A DNA stretch of 64,000 nt from Chloroflexota bacterium (GCA_003171255.1 PMYK01000023.1:113945-177944), one strand, 5' to 3'; counted from the stretch's first letter, positions 20,391-29,491 are shown. Made by a program: numbers and translations. The notes: generated by a model not told the origin, from the letters alone.

Positions 20391-21797
20391 GTGCCATGGG
20401 AGCGGCGTGTGGACGCGCTTGATCTCGCGCGGTGGCAGTTCGGTATCACCACCGTCTACCACTTCCTGTTCGTGCCGCTCACGATCTCGCTGGTCTTCAT
20501 CGTTGCGGGGTTCCAGACGGCCTGGTATCGAACGGGCAACGACAAGTACCTGAAGCTGACTCACTTCTACGGCGAGCTGTTCCTGATCAACTTCGCCATC
20601 GGCGTGGCCACGGGCATCGTCCAGGAGTTCCAGTTCGGCATGAACTGGAGCGACTACAGCCGGTTCGTCGGCGACATATTCGGGGCACCGCTGGCGATCG
20701 AGGGCCTGCTCGCCTTCTTCCTCGAATCGACATTCCTGGGCATCTGGATATTCGGCTGGGACAAGCTGCCCAAACGCGTCCACCTGGCCGCGATCTGGAT
20801 CGTCGCCATCGGGACGCTGCTGTCTGCCTACTTCATCCTGGCGGCCAACGCGTGGATGCAGCAGCCGGTCGGCTCCATCGTCAACACCGCCGCGGGCCGG
20901 GCCGAGCTCAAGGACTTCGGAGCCGTCCTGACCAACCCGACCGTTCTGCTCGGCTTCCCGCACGTCATCGCCGGCGCGTTCATGACCGGCGGCGCCTTCG
21001 TGCTCGGCGTTGCCGTATGGCGGCTTCTGCGCCGGGCCGGCGCGGACGACGCGCCCTTCCGAACCGCTGCCAGAGTGGGCGCCACGGCGCTGCTGGTGGG
21101 CGGGCTCTTCGTCCTGGTCACAGGCGATCAGTTGGGCCAGCATATTGCGACCGATCAGCCGATGAAGCTCGCCGCGGCCGAGAACCTGCGCACCACCGAG
21201 ACGTCGGCGCCGTTCTCCCTCTTCACGCTCTGGGACCTAAGCGGCAAGGAGATCGTTTCGATCCAGATCCCCGACATGCTCTCAATCCTGGCCACCCATG
21301 ACCCCAACGGCCAGGTCCAGGGCATCGACAATCTGCAGGCCCAATTCCAGGCCCAGTACGGCCCCGGCGACTACTCGCCCATCGTCCCCGTCACGTTCTG
21401 GTCGTTCAGATTCATGATCGGCGCGGGAAGCCTGGCGGCGCTCGCCGCGCTTTGGTTCTTGTGGCGGATGCGCAAGGGCCGGGTGCCCGGTCGAGGCGCG
21501 GTGGCAATCGCCGTCGTCCTGCCGCTGCTGCCCCTTGCCGCGAACTCGTTCGCCTGGATCTTCACCGAGATGGGGCGTCAGCCGTGGATCGTCTACGGCC
21601 AGCAGCTCACCTCCGCCGGTGTCTCGCCGAGCGTCAGCTCGCTCGAGGTGGCGGTCACGCTGGTCGGCTTCACGCTCCTCTACGGCGGACTGGCCGTGGT
21701 GGAAGTCGGGCTGCTGTTGAAGCGGATCCGAGGCCCGCTCGCGGCGGAGGGCGCCCTTGCCGACTCGGCCCAAACCTCCACCCCCTTCTCTTACTGA
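20391..21797 (+). CDS. cydA: Cytochrome bd ubiquinol oxidase subunit I
   Basis: Clear CydA homology (LDLARWQFGITTVYHFLFVPLTI, GVATGIVQEFQFGMNW, Q-loop, WIVYGQ); start ambiguous: GTG 20391 abuts GGAGGA with zero spacing, while GTG 20409 gives an N-terminus the same length as E. coli CydA. Confidence 0.85.
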   Translation: MPWERRVDALDLARWQFGITTVYHFLFVPLTISLVFIVAGFQTAWYRTGNDKYLKLTHFYGELFLINFAIGVATGIVQEFQFGMNWSDYSRFVGDIFGAPLAIEGLLAFFLESTFLGIWIFGWDKLPKRVHLAAIWIVAIGTLLSAYFILAANAWMQQPVGSIVNTAAGRAELKDFGAVLTNPTVLLGFPHVIAGAFMTGGAFVLGVAVWRLLRRAGADDAPFRTAARVGATALLVGGLFVLVTGDQLGQHIATDQPMKLAAAENLRTTETSAPFSLFTLWDLSGKEIVSIQIPDMLSILATHDPNGQVQGIDNLQAQFQAQYGPGDYSPIVPVTFWSFRFMIGAGSLAALAALWFLWRMRKGRVPGRGAVAIAVVLPLLPLAANSFAWIFTEMGRQPWIVYGQQLTSAGVSPSVSSLEVAVTLVGFTLLYGGLAVVEVGLLLKRIRGPLAAEGALADSAQTSTPFSY

Positions 21798-21807
21798 GGA
21801 GACGGCC

Positions 21808-22851
21808 ATGCTGCATGACATCTGGTTCCTGCTCATCGCCGTCCTGTGGATCGGCTACTTCGTCCTGGAGGGCTTCGACTTCGGGCTGGGGATGCTGCTG
21901 CCCTTCCTCGGCCGGAACGACGGTGAACGCCGCGCCCTGATCAACGCCATCGGACCGGTCTGGGACGGCAACGAAGTGTGGGTCCTGGTGGCCGGCGGGG
22001 CGACCTTCGCGGCCTTCCCGAACTGGTATGCCACGCTCTTCTCCGGGTTCTATATGGCGTTGTTCCTGATCGTCGTGGCGCTGATCCTGCGCGGCGTCGC
22101 ATTCGAGTACCGCAGCAAACGCGACAGCGCCCGCTGGCGCCTGGGCTGGGATTGGGCGATCTTCATCGGATCGGCCGTGCCGGCCCTGCTGTGGGGAGTG
22201 GCCTTCGCCAACATCGTGGGCGGCGTCCCGATCGACGCCCACAAGGAGTTCACGGGCAATCTGTTGACGCTGCTCAACCCCTACGGGCTGCTCGGCGGCG
22301 TCGTCACGCTGACGCTCTTCATGACTCACGGGGCCGCCTACATCGCCCTCAAGACGGAGGGCGAGCTGCGAGCGCGGGCCAATCGGCTGCTCGTCTCGAT
22401 AGGCCTGGTGGCGGCCCTCGCGGCGGTCGTGTTCCTGGGCTGGACGCAGCTGTCCAGCGTCGTCGCCGACTCGGCGGTCGTATCCGTCGTCGCGGCCGTG
22501 GCGCTCCTCGGGGCGCTGGCAGCCAACCGGCTCGGACGCGAGGGCTGGGCGTTCATCGCGACGGCGGCCACGATCGCTCTGGCGGTCACGGCGCTCTTCA
22601 TGCACCTCTACCCGAACGTGATGCCTTCGTCGACGAACCCGGCCTTCAGCCTGACGGTCAACAACGCCGCTTCCACGGACTACACGCTGGCGATCATGAC
22701 TGTCGTGGCGGTGATCTTCATGCCGCTCGTCCTGCTCTACCAGGGCTGGACCTACTGGATCTTCCGCAAGCGAGTCTCGGCCGACCGCGTCCCGGACGTT
22801 GCGGCGCCCGCCGCGCCTGCTGGGCCCGCCGCGCCCCCAGCCGCGAACTGA
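21808..22851 (+). CDS. cydB: Cytochrome bd ubiquinol oxidase subunit II
   Basis: ATG 21808 with GAGGAG 6 nt upstream, 10 nt after the cydA stop; CydB-like hydrophobic profile and conserved N-terminal block; Pro/Ala-rich C-terminal tail. Confidence 0.85.
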   Translation: MLHDIWFLLIAVLWIGYFVLEGFDFGLGMLLPFLGRNDGERRALINAIGPVWDGNEVWVLVAGGATFAAFPNWYATLFSGFYMALFLIVVALILRGVAFEYRSKRDSARWRLGWDWAIFIGSAVPALLWGVAFANIVGGVPIDAHKEFTGNLLTLLNPYGLLGGVVTLTLFMTHGAAYIALKTEGELRARANRLLVSIGLVAALAAVVFLGWTQLSSVVADSAVVSVVAAVALLGALAANRLGREGWAFIATAATIALAVTALFMHLYPNVMPSSTNPAFSLTVNNAASTDYTLAIMTVVAVIFMPLVLLYQGWTYWIFRKRVSADRVPDVAAPAAPAGPAAPPAAN

Positions 22852-23076
22852 GGGCGGTCAACTGAGGCCGGTCCGCTGAGGGCCATCGACCCTCGGCTTC
22901 TGCGGTATGCGCGTGCCACGGCCGTCGCGCTGGCGGCGGCGATAGCACTTGGCCTGGCCACGGCCGCTCTGGCGGTCGCCCAGGCGTGGCTGCTGGCTAC
23001 TGCCATCAGTTCGGCATTCCTGGCGGGCGCGGACTTCGACGCGCTGCGGGCCACCCTGGCGGCACTGGCAGTCGTC

Positions 23077-24546
23077 TTGGCAGGCCGGGCGGCGATCTCG
23101 TGGGCCCAGGAGTCGGTGGCGCGGCGCTGCTCGGCGGCCGTGAAGTCGAGCCTGCGGATGCGGCTGCTCCGTTCGGCGGCGGCGCTGTCGCCGGTACGGG
23201 CGGGCGCCCCGCCGACCGGCGAGATCGTGGCCCTCGCCACCCACGGCCTCGACGCCCTGGACGCCTACTTCGCGCGATACCTGCCCCAGCTCGTCCTGGC
23301 CGCGATCGTACCGCTCGTCGTGATCGCCTGTCTGGCGGCGGTAGATCTGGTGGCTACTTTGACGGTTGCGCTGACGGTGCCGCTCATTCCGCTGTTCATG
23401 GTGCTCATCGGATCGGCCACGGAACGGCGCCGACGGCGGCGCTGGGCTGCCCTGGCGCGGCTCTCGGGCCACTTCCTCGACATCGTCGCGGGTTTGCCGA
23501 CGCTCCGGGTCTTCGGTCGAGCGGCGGCGCAGCTGGGCCGGTTGGAGAAGGTCACCGACGACTACCGCCGCGAGAGCATGGCCACGCTCCGAGTGGCATT
23601 CCTCTCCGCTTTCGCGCTTGAGCTGGCCGCCACGCTCTCGGTCGCGCTGGTGGCGGTCGGCGTGGCGCTGCGGCTCGTCGACGGGGGGATGGAGCTTCGC
23701 ACCGGCCTGTTCGTTCTGATTCTGGCGCCCGAGGCCTACCTGCCGCTGCGCCAGCTGGGCGCCAGCTTCCACGCCGCCGAGGAGGGGCTGGGGGCGGCCG
23801 ACCGGGTCTTCAGGATCATCGAAGCGGGCGACGTGGCCGCGGGCCCGGCGGGCGACGGCGAGCTCCTACCGGACCTTCGCGGCGCCGAGCTGCGAGTCGA
23901 AGGCGTAACGGTTCGGCAACCGGGGCGGGGCCTGGAGGCGCCGTTCGAGGCTTCGCTCGTCGTCGGTCCGGGCGAGGTGGTGGCGATCTCCGGTCCGAGC
24001 GGCGCCGGCAAGAGCACGCTCGTCGAGGTGCTGCTGGGACTTCGGTCCGCGGACGCCGGTCAGGTGGCGCTCGCCACCGCGGGCGGTGAGCTGGTGCCTC
24101 TCACGACTCTCGATCGGGAGGCCTGGCACCGCCGTGTGGCCTGGGTCCCGCAGCATCCGTTCTGCTTTGCCGGCAGCGTCGCCGAGAATGTCCGGCTGGC
24201 GGCGCCCGACGCTTCGGACGCGGCCGTGGACGAGGTCATGGCGGCGGTCGGCCTGCCCGACCTGGACCGCCAGACGCTCCTGGCTGAGGGGGGCGCCGGC
24301 CTCTCCTCCGGCCAGCGCCGCCGGCTTGGAGTGGCTCGGGCCCTTCTCAAGGGCGGCGATTTCGTGCTCCTCGACGAGCCAACGGCCGGGCTCGACGCCG
24401 CATCCGAGGCCACGGTCCTGGCGGCGATTAGCGCCGCTGCCCACACCCATGGCCGGGCCGTCCTAGTGGTGACCCATCGCCGGGCCGCCCTCGAGATCGC
24501 CGATCGCGTGGTGTCGATCGAGTCTCGTTCGGGAGCGCTCGAATGA
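23077..24546 (+). CDS. cydD: Thiol reductant ABC exporter subunit CydD (permease/ATPase); annotated from the first canonical in-frame start, but homology extends upstream to about 22861
   Basis: Exporter TM domain plus Walker A GPSGAGKST, LSSGQRRRLGVAR and LLDEPTAGLD; about 70 conserved N-terminal residues (RLLRYARATAVALAAAIALG...) lie upstream of TTG 23077 in the same frame with no ATG/GTG/TTG back to the cydB TGA. Confidence 0.7.
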   Translation: MAGRAAISWAQESVARRCSAAVKSSLRMRLLRSAAALSPVRAGAPPTGEIVALATHGLDALDAYFARYLPQLVLAAIVPLVVIACLAAVDLVATLTVALTVPLIPLFMVLIGSATERRRRRRWAALARLSGHFLDIVAGLPTLRVFGRAAAQLGRLEKVTDDYRRESMATLRVAFLSAFALELAATLSVALVAVGVALRLVDGGMELRTGLFVLILAPEAYLPLRQLGASFHAAEEGLGAADRVFRIIEAGDVAAGPAGDGELLPDLRGAELRVEGVTVRQPGRGLEAPFEASLVVGPGEVVAISGPSGAGKSTLVEVLLGLRSADAGQVALATAGGELVPLTTLDREAWHRRVAWVPQHPFCFAGSVAENVRLAAPDASDAAVDEVMAAVGLPDLDRQTLLAEGGAGLSSGQRRRLGVARALLKGGDFVLLDEPTAGLDAASEATVLAAISAAAHTHGRAVLVVTHRRAALEIADRVVSIESRSGALE

Positions 24547-26219
24547 GCGGCCCTATCGCCCTGTGGCGCATCGCCTCGATCGGCCGGCCGGTAACTGGCC
24601 GGATGCTGCTGGCCGTGGCCGCGGGCGTGGCCGCGGCCGGCGCCGCGATCGGGCTGACCGCCACTTCGGCCTGGCTCATCTCGCGGGCTGCCGAGCGGCC
24701 GCCGGTTCTGTACCTCATGGTCGCTGTGACTGGGGTCCGGGCCTTTGGCGTGAGCCGCGGCGCCCTTCGCTACGCCGAGCGACTGGCCAGCCACGACGCC
24801 GCCTTCCGCGTCCTGTCGCGGCTCCGCAGCCGAGCCTACGCCCGACTCGAGGTCCTCGCCCCGGCTGGCCTGGCCGAGTTCCGTTCGGGCGATCTGCTGT
24901 CTCGACTCGTCGACGACGTGGACGGCCTGGCCGACCTGTGGCTGCGAGTGCTGCTCCCCTATCTCATCGCCGGCATTGCCGCCGGCGTCGCCGTGGCGGC
25001 TATCTGGCTGCTGGTTCCGGCCGCAGCGGCCGCCCTCGGCGCCTCGGTGCTTTTCGTGGCTTTCGTCGTTCCGGTGTTCACCGTGACCGTGGCGCGTCGG
25101 GGCGAGCGGCGTATCTCCGGCGCCCGCGGCGAACTGGCCGCGGCCACGCTCGACGTCCTCGAGGGAGCGCCCGAGATGCTCGTTGCCGGAGCCACGGAAG
25201 CGCGCCTGGTCGAGCTTGCCTCGATCGACGAGTCGCTCGCGGTGGCCGAGTCACGGACCGCGGCGGGTGCCGGGCTCGGGGCCCTGCTCTCCGGACTCGC
25301 GAGCGGCGCCGCCGTCTGGCTCGGACTCGTTGCCGGCATCGCCGCCCTCCGTGCCGGAGCCATCGAGGGCGTGGCTCTGGCCGTGGTCGCTCTCACACCG
25401 ATCGCCGTGCACGAGGCCGTGGCCGGGCTCGTGCCCGCATCTCAGCACCTGCCGGGTCTGGCGGCGATGGCCGGACGGCTGCTCGACGTGATCTCGCGGC
25501 CGGATCCGGTGCGCGAACCGGATCAGGAAGAGGCAGAGTCGCTGCCGCAGGGGCCGTACGGGCTCCGCTGCCGGGGTCTGCGGGCTCGTTACGTCGCCAC
25601 AGGCCCCGACGCCCTGATCCTGCCGGGCGTCGATCTACAGCCCGGTGGGCGGCTGCTGGTGACCGGCCCGAGTGGTTCGGGCAAGAGCACCTTCGCGGCC
25701 GTGCTGGTCCGGTTCCTCGAGCCGTCGGCCGGTTCGGTCGAGCTTGTGGGCCCCGATCGGTCGGTCGACATCCGCCGGCTCGCGGGCGACGACGTGCGGC
25801 GCGTGATCTGTCTGTGCGCCCAGGACCCGCACATCTTCGACACGTCGGTCGCCGAGAACGTCCGCCTGGCCAGGCCCGGGGCGACGGACGACGAGGTGAG
25901 CGCCGCCCTGTCCGCCGCTCAGCTGGCGCCGTGGATCGGCTCGCTGCCGGACGGGCTGGCGACACTCGTCGGCGAGCATGGGGCGCGCCTATCGGGCGGG
26001 CAGCGGCAGCGCCTTTCGCTGGCCCGGGCGCTCCTGGCCGACGCCCCGATCATCGTCTTCGACGAGCCAACCGAGCATCTCGACGACGCGACCGCCTCGG
26101 CCCTGACGGCCGACCTTCTGACCGCCACTGCCGGCCGGACGATCGTGATGATCACCCACCGCCCCGAGCTGATCGACTCGGCGACGTGGGCGGCACGGAT
26201 CGACCTGGGGTCGGCTTGA
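24543..26219 (+). CDS. cydC: Thiol reductant ABC exporter subunit CydC
   Basis: ATGA overlap with the cydD stop; exporter TM domain; Walker [23 protein letters not shown] and Walker B IIVFDEPTEHLD. Confidence 0.8.
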   Translation: MSGPIALWRIASIGRPVTGRMLLAVAAGVAAAGAAIGLTATSAWLISRAAERPPVLYLMVAVTGVRAFGVSRGALRYAERLASHDAAFRVLSRLRSRAYARLEVLAPAGLAEFRSGDLLSRLVDDVDGLADLWLRVLLPYLIAGIAAGVAVAAIWLLVPAAAAALGASVLFVAFVVPVFTVTVARRGERRISGARGELAAATLDVLEGAPEMLVAGATEARLVELASIDESLAVAESRTAAGAGLGALLSGLASGAAVWLGLVAGIAALRAGAIEGVALAVVALTPIAVHEAVAGLVPASQHLPGLAAMAGRLLDVISRPDPVREPDQEEAESLPQGPYGLRCRGLRARYVATGPDALILPGVDLQPGGRLLVTGPSGSGKSTFAAVLVRFLEPSAGSVELVGPDRSVDIRRLAGDDVRRVICLCAQDPHIFDTSVAENVRLARPGATDDEVSAALSAAQLAPWIGSLPDGLATLVGEHGARLSGGQRQRLSLARALLADAPIIVFDEPTEHLDDATASALTADLLTATAGRTIVMITHRPELIDSATWAARIDLGSA

Positions 26220-26280
26220 AGCGAGGATCACGACGGACGAATCGGGGTGGCGGACCGCCCGTAGTCCACGAACTCCCCCG

Positions 26281-26320
26281 ACAAACAACAACCCGCGCTA
26301 CCTGCCGAAAGGTGCGCGGG
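26281..26320 (-). terminator. Candidate intrinsic terminator for the minus-strand small-ORF transcript
   Basis: 7-bp GC stem CCCGCGC/GCGCGGG (26292-26320) followed on the minus strand by UUGUUGUUUGU; about 85 nt downstream of the small ORF's stop. Confidence 0.4.
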
Positions 26321-26406
26321 TCGATGTTGGAGAGGGAGGAGCTAGTGTGAGGAGCGGGTTGGCCTAAGCCTCTGAGTCAGAAGTGACCGCAAACTGCCAG
26401 GTCGTT

Positions 26407-26490
26407 CTACTCGGCCGCGTGGGCGCGAGACGGGGCGACGAACCAGCCAACCACCAGAACTCCGAAACTGATGAATGCTGCTGCGATCAT
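26407..26490 (-). CDS. Small ORF encoding a 27-aa hydrophobic single-TM peptide (MIAAAFISFGVLVVGWFVAPSRAHAAE)
   Basis: ATG at 26490 with GAAGGAG 7 nt upstream; TAG stop at 26407-26409; sits 78 nt downstream of a copy of the conserved amt promoter module and has its own downstream hairpin/U-tract; below the 60-aa cut-off of the ORF track. Confidence 0.4.
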   Translation of the reverse strand: MIAAAFISFGVLVVGWFVAPSRAHAAE

Positions 26491-26567
26491 TTCTTGGCTC
26501 CTTCGGCTGAACCACTGGGATTTGCATCCCGTTCAATATCTGGAAGTCTATAGAACGAGTCGGCGCA

Positions 26568-26632
26568 AATCAGTAGCGCGCCGGTGGACCATCGGTAGCG
26601 CTGGGGTAGCGTCAGGGTTGCCGTTCGGTACG
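26568..26632 (-). promoter_or_regulatory. Copy 1 of a conserved upstream module: AATCAGTA plus four GGTNNC hexamers at 11-bp spacing (GlnR-box-like a-b-a-b operator)
   Basis: GGTGGA 26583, GGTAGC 26594, GGTAGC 26605, GGTTGC 26616; module ends 78 nt upstream of the small ORF's ATG. Confidence 0.45.
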
Positions 26633-26682
26633 AAACGGCCGTCCCGGACCGGCGGGCGACCCGCGCGGCCGGCGGCACGCCG

Positions 26683-27906
26683 CTACGACTGGTAGACGAC
26701 CGTCTCGCCGTGTTGCGAGGCGTCCAGGCCGGCCTCTTCCTCGGACTCCTCCACACGGAGCCCGACGAACGCGCCCACCACCTTGAGAATGATCAGCGTC
26801 GCCAGCGCGCTGTAGATCCAGACTGCGGCGATGGCCACGAGCTGCGTCCCAACCTGGCCGACATTGCCGTCGATCAGGCCCTTGGCCCCGCCAATGGTCG
26901 CAACCGCGAGAACGCCTGTCAGGAAGACTCCCAACGTTCCGCCCACGCCGTGGACCGCCCAGACGTCGAGCGCGTCGTCGATCTCGAGGCGCTGGCGCAG
27001 CAGGATCGCGCCGTAGCAGACCACTCCGGCGATGAAGCCGATGACGATGGCCGAACTCGGATCGACGAACCCGGAGGCTGGCGTGATCCCGACCTCTCCG
27101 GCAATGGCGCCCGACACCGCACCGATGACCGACGGCGAACCTTTGTGCAGCCAGCTCATGGTCAGCCATGTCAGTGCGCCCATTCCGGCGGCGGTGTTGG
27201 TGACCAGGACGGCGTTGACCGCGTGGCCGTCGGCGGCCAGGGCCGAGCCGCCGTTGAAGCCGAACCAGCCGAACCACAGGATGCCCGCCCCGATGACTGT
27301 CAGGCGTACGTCGTGGGGCTCGAAACGATCCGACTCGCGGCGAACCCGCGGACCGAGCACGAGGGCGGCCACCAGGGCGGCAACGCCGGAGCTGATGTGG
27401 ACGACGGTGCCGCCGGCGTAGTCGAGGACGCCCATGTTCTTGAGCCAGCCGCCATCACCCCAGACCCAGTGGCAGATCGGCGAGTAGACGAGCAGGCTCC
27501 ACAGCAGGGCGAACAGCACGAAGGCTTTGAAGCGCTTGCGCTCGGCGAAGGCGCCGATGATCAGGGCGGGCGTGATGATCGCGAACATCATCTGGAAGAG
27601 CGCGAAGGCCGCGGACGGGATCGTCTTGGCGTAGGGGCCCGGGTCCGAACCGATCCCCTTGAGGCCGATGTTGTCCAGGTTGCCGATGATGCCCCAGCCG
27701 TTGAAGTCCTTGCCGAAGGCCAGGGTGTAGCCGACCAGGACCCACGTCACGCTGACCAGGGCCAGGATGAACATGCACTGCATGAGGATGCTGAGCACGT
27801 TCTTGCGGCGGACGAGGCCACCGTAGAAGAGGGCCAGGCCGGGCGTCATCAACATGACGAGCGCCGTGGCGGTCAGTATCCAGGCGGTGTCGCCACCATT
27901 GATCAC
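26683..27906 (-). CDS. amt: Ammonium transporter (Amt/MEP family)
   Basis: Amt family throughout (DTAWILTATALVMLMTPGLALFYGGLVRRKN, GAFAERKRF, HGVGGTLG); GTG 27906 has GAAGGAG 8 nt upstream and gives an N-terminus colinear with the paralog; the ORF-track TTG at 27936 is probably an over-extension. Confidence 0.85.
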   Translation of the reverse strand: MINGGDTAWILTATALVMLMTPGLALFYGGLVRRKNVLSILMQCMFILALVSVTWVLVGYTLAFGKDFNGWGIIGNLDNIGLKGIGSDPGPYAKTIPSAAFALFQMMFAIITPALIIGAFAERKRFKAFVLFALLWSLLVYSPICHWVWGDGGWLKNMGVLDYAGGTVVHISSGVAALVAALVLGPRVRRESDRFEPHDVRLTVIGAGILWFGWFGFNGGSALAADGHAVNAVLVTNTAAGMGALTWLTMSWLHKGSPSVIGAVSGAIAGEVGITPASGFVDPSSAIVIGFIAGVVCYGAILLRQRLEIDDALDVWAVHGVGGTLGVFLTGVLAVATIGGAKGLIDGNVGQVGTQLVAIAAVWIYSALATLIILKVVGAFVGLRVEESEEEAGLDASQHGETVVYQS

Positions 27907-27990
27907 GCTCGGGACTCCTTCGCTTCCAACTCGCAACGAAACCCGGTCTTAGGTTTCGGTTTGGCGAAGCGTACGGAGCCACGCGGCGCG

Positions 27991-28055
27991 AATCAGTAAC
28001 GACCGGGTAGCCGTCCGGTAGCGCCTGGGTGGCGGGAGGGTTGCCCTTCGGGACG
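27991..28055 (-). promoter_or_regulatory. Copy 2 of the conserved module (AATCAGTA plus four GGTNNC hexamers at 11-bp phase) upstream of amt
   Basis: GGTAGC 28006, GGTAGC 28017, GGTGGC 28028, GGTTGC 28039; 85 nt upstream of the amt GTG; a perfect 7-bp hairpin CGAAACC/GGTTTCG lies between module and SD. Confidence 0.45.
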
Positions 28056-28175
28056 CGTTCTCACGGCCGGTTCGTGTGTTCCGGCTGGGGAGTTCGCCGG
28101 GGCCGGTCGAGGGGGAGACCGGCCCCGGGTGGGGATTGGCGAGTCGGCGGCGGGTGTCCAGGCGCGCCTATTCGA

Positions 28176-29414
28176 TCAGCTCTGCCAGGCCACCTCGCCA
28201 TGCTGTGAGGAGTCGAGGCCGGCCTCCTCTTCGGATTCCTCTACCCGGAGCCCGACGAAGCGGTCGACGATCTTGAGGATGATGAAGGTGGCGACGCCGC
28301 TGTAGATCCACGTGGCGCCGACGGCGACCAGCTGCTTGAGGACCTGGCTGCCGTTGCCTTCGACCAGCCCGGACGCGCCGTTGATCGCGGCAATCGCGAA
28401 TACGCCGGTCAGAATCGCGCCGAGCGTGCCGCCCACGCCGTGGACGGCCCAGACGTCGAGCGCGTCATCGATCTTGAGCCGCTCGCGCAGCAGGATCGCG
28501 CCGTAGCAGGTCACGCCTGCCGCGAAGCCGATGATGATGGCCGAGCTGGCATCCACGTAGCCGGAGGCGGGCGTGATGGCGACGAGACCGGCCACGCCGC
28601 CCGAAATGGCGCCCACCACACTAGGCGTGCCCTTGTGCAGCCAGCTCACGGTTACCCAGGTCAGGGCGGCCATGCCGGCTGCCGTGTTCGTGACGACGAT
28701 GGCGTTGGCGGCCAGGCCGTTGGCGCCGAGAGCCGATCCGCCGTTGAATCCGAACCAGCCGAACCACAGCAATCCTGCACCGATGACGGCCAGCCGGACG
28801 TCGTGCGGCTCGAACCGCTCGGACTCGCGGCGCACTCGCGGACCCAGGACGAGCGCGGCGACCAGTGCCGCCACGCCCGAGCTGATGTGGACGACGGTGC
28901 CGCCTGCGAAGTCGATGGCGCCCAGCTTGTTTAGCCAGCCGCCCTGGCCCCAGACCCAATGTGCGATCGGCGAGTAGACCAGCAGCGTCCACAACAAGGT
29001 GAAGATGACGAAGGCCTTGAACTTCTTGCGCTCGGCGAAGGCGCCGGTGATGAGGGCCGGGGTGATGATTGCGAACATCATCTGGAAGGCCATGTAGGCG
29101 CTGGCCGGGATCGTCGGCGCGTACGAGATCGGGTCCTTACCGATGCCGTGAAGGCCTATGAAGTCCAGCCCGCCGATGATGCCCCAGCCGTTGACGTCGG
29201 GACCGAAGGCCAGCGTAAACCCGAACAGGACCCACGTGACGCTCACCAGGGCCAGGATGAAGATGCTCTGCATGATCGTGCTGAGGACGTTCTTGCGGCG
29301 AACCAGACCGCCGTAGAAGAGAGCGAGGCCGGGCGTCATGAGCATGACGAGGGCGATCGACATCAGCACCCAGGCTGTGTCGCCGGTATCGATCGGGTGT
29401 CCCGTCAGAATCAC
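28176..29414 (-). CDS. amt: Ammonium transporter (Amt/MEP family), tandem paralog
   Basis: GTG start with GAGGAGAG 6 nt upstream; about 75% identical to the downstream amt copy. Confidence 0.85.
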   Translation of the reverse strand: MILTGHPIDTGDTAWVLMSIALVMLMTPGLALFYGGLVRRKNVLSTIMQSIFILALVSVTWVLFGFTLAFGPDVNGWGIIGGLDFIGLHGIGKDPISYAPTIPASAYMAFQMMFAIITPALITGAFAERKKFKAFVIFTLLWTLLVYSPIAHWVWGQGGWLNKLGAIDFAGGTVVHISSGVAALVAALVLGPRVRRESERFEPHDVRLAVIGAGLLWFGWFGFNGGSALGANGLAANAIVVTNTAAGMAALTWVTVSWLHKGTPSVVGAISGGVAGLVAITPASGYVDASSAIIIGFAAGVTCYGAILLRERLKIDDALDVWAVHGVGGTLGAILTGVFAIAAINGASGLVEGNGSQVLKQLVAVGATWIYSGVATFIILKIVDRFVGLRVEESEEEAGLDSSQHGEVAWQS

Positions 29415-29491
29415 TTGCCGCTCTCCTCATGCATGCCGGACGGCGATGAGCCGCCTCGCCCGAACGGAAGGGTACGGATGCGGTTCGGCGG

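Noticed and set aside
29415-29435. 7-codon uORF (MHEESGK) overlapping the second amt start
   Set aside because: Its ATG lies inside the amt Shine-Dalgarno sequence with no RBS of its own; most likely coincidental.
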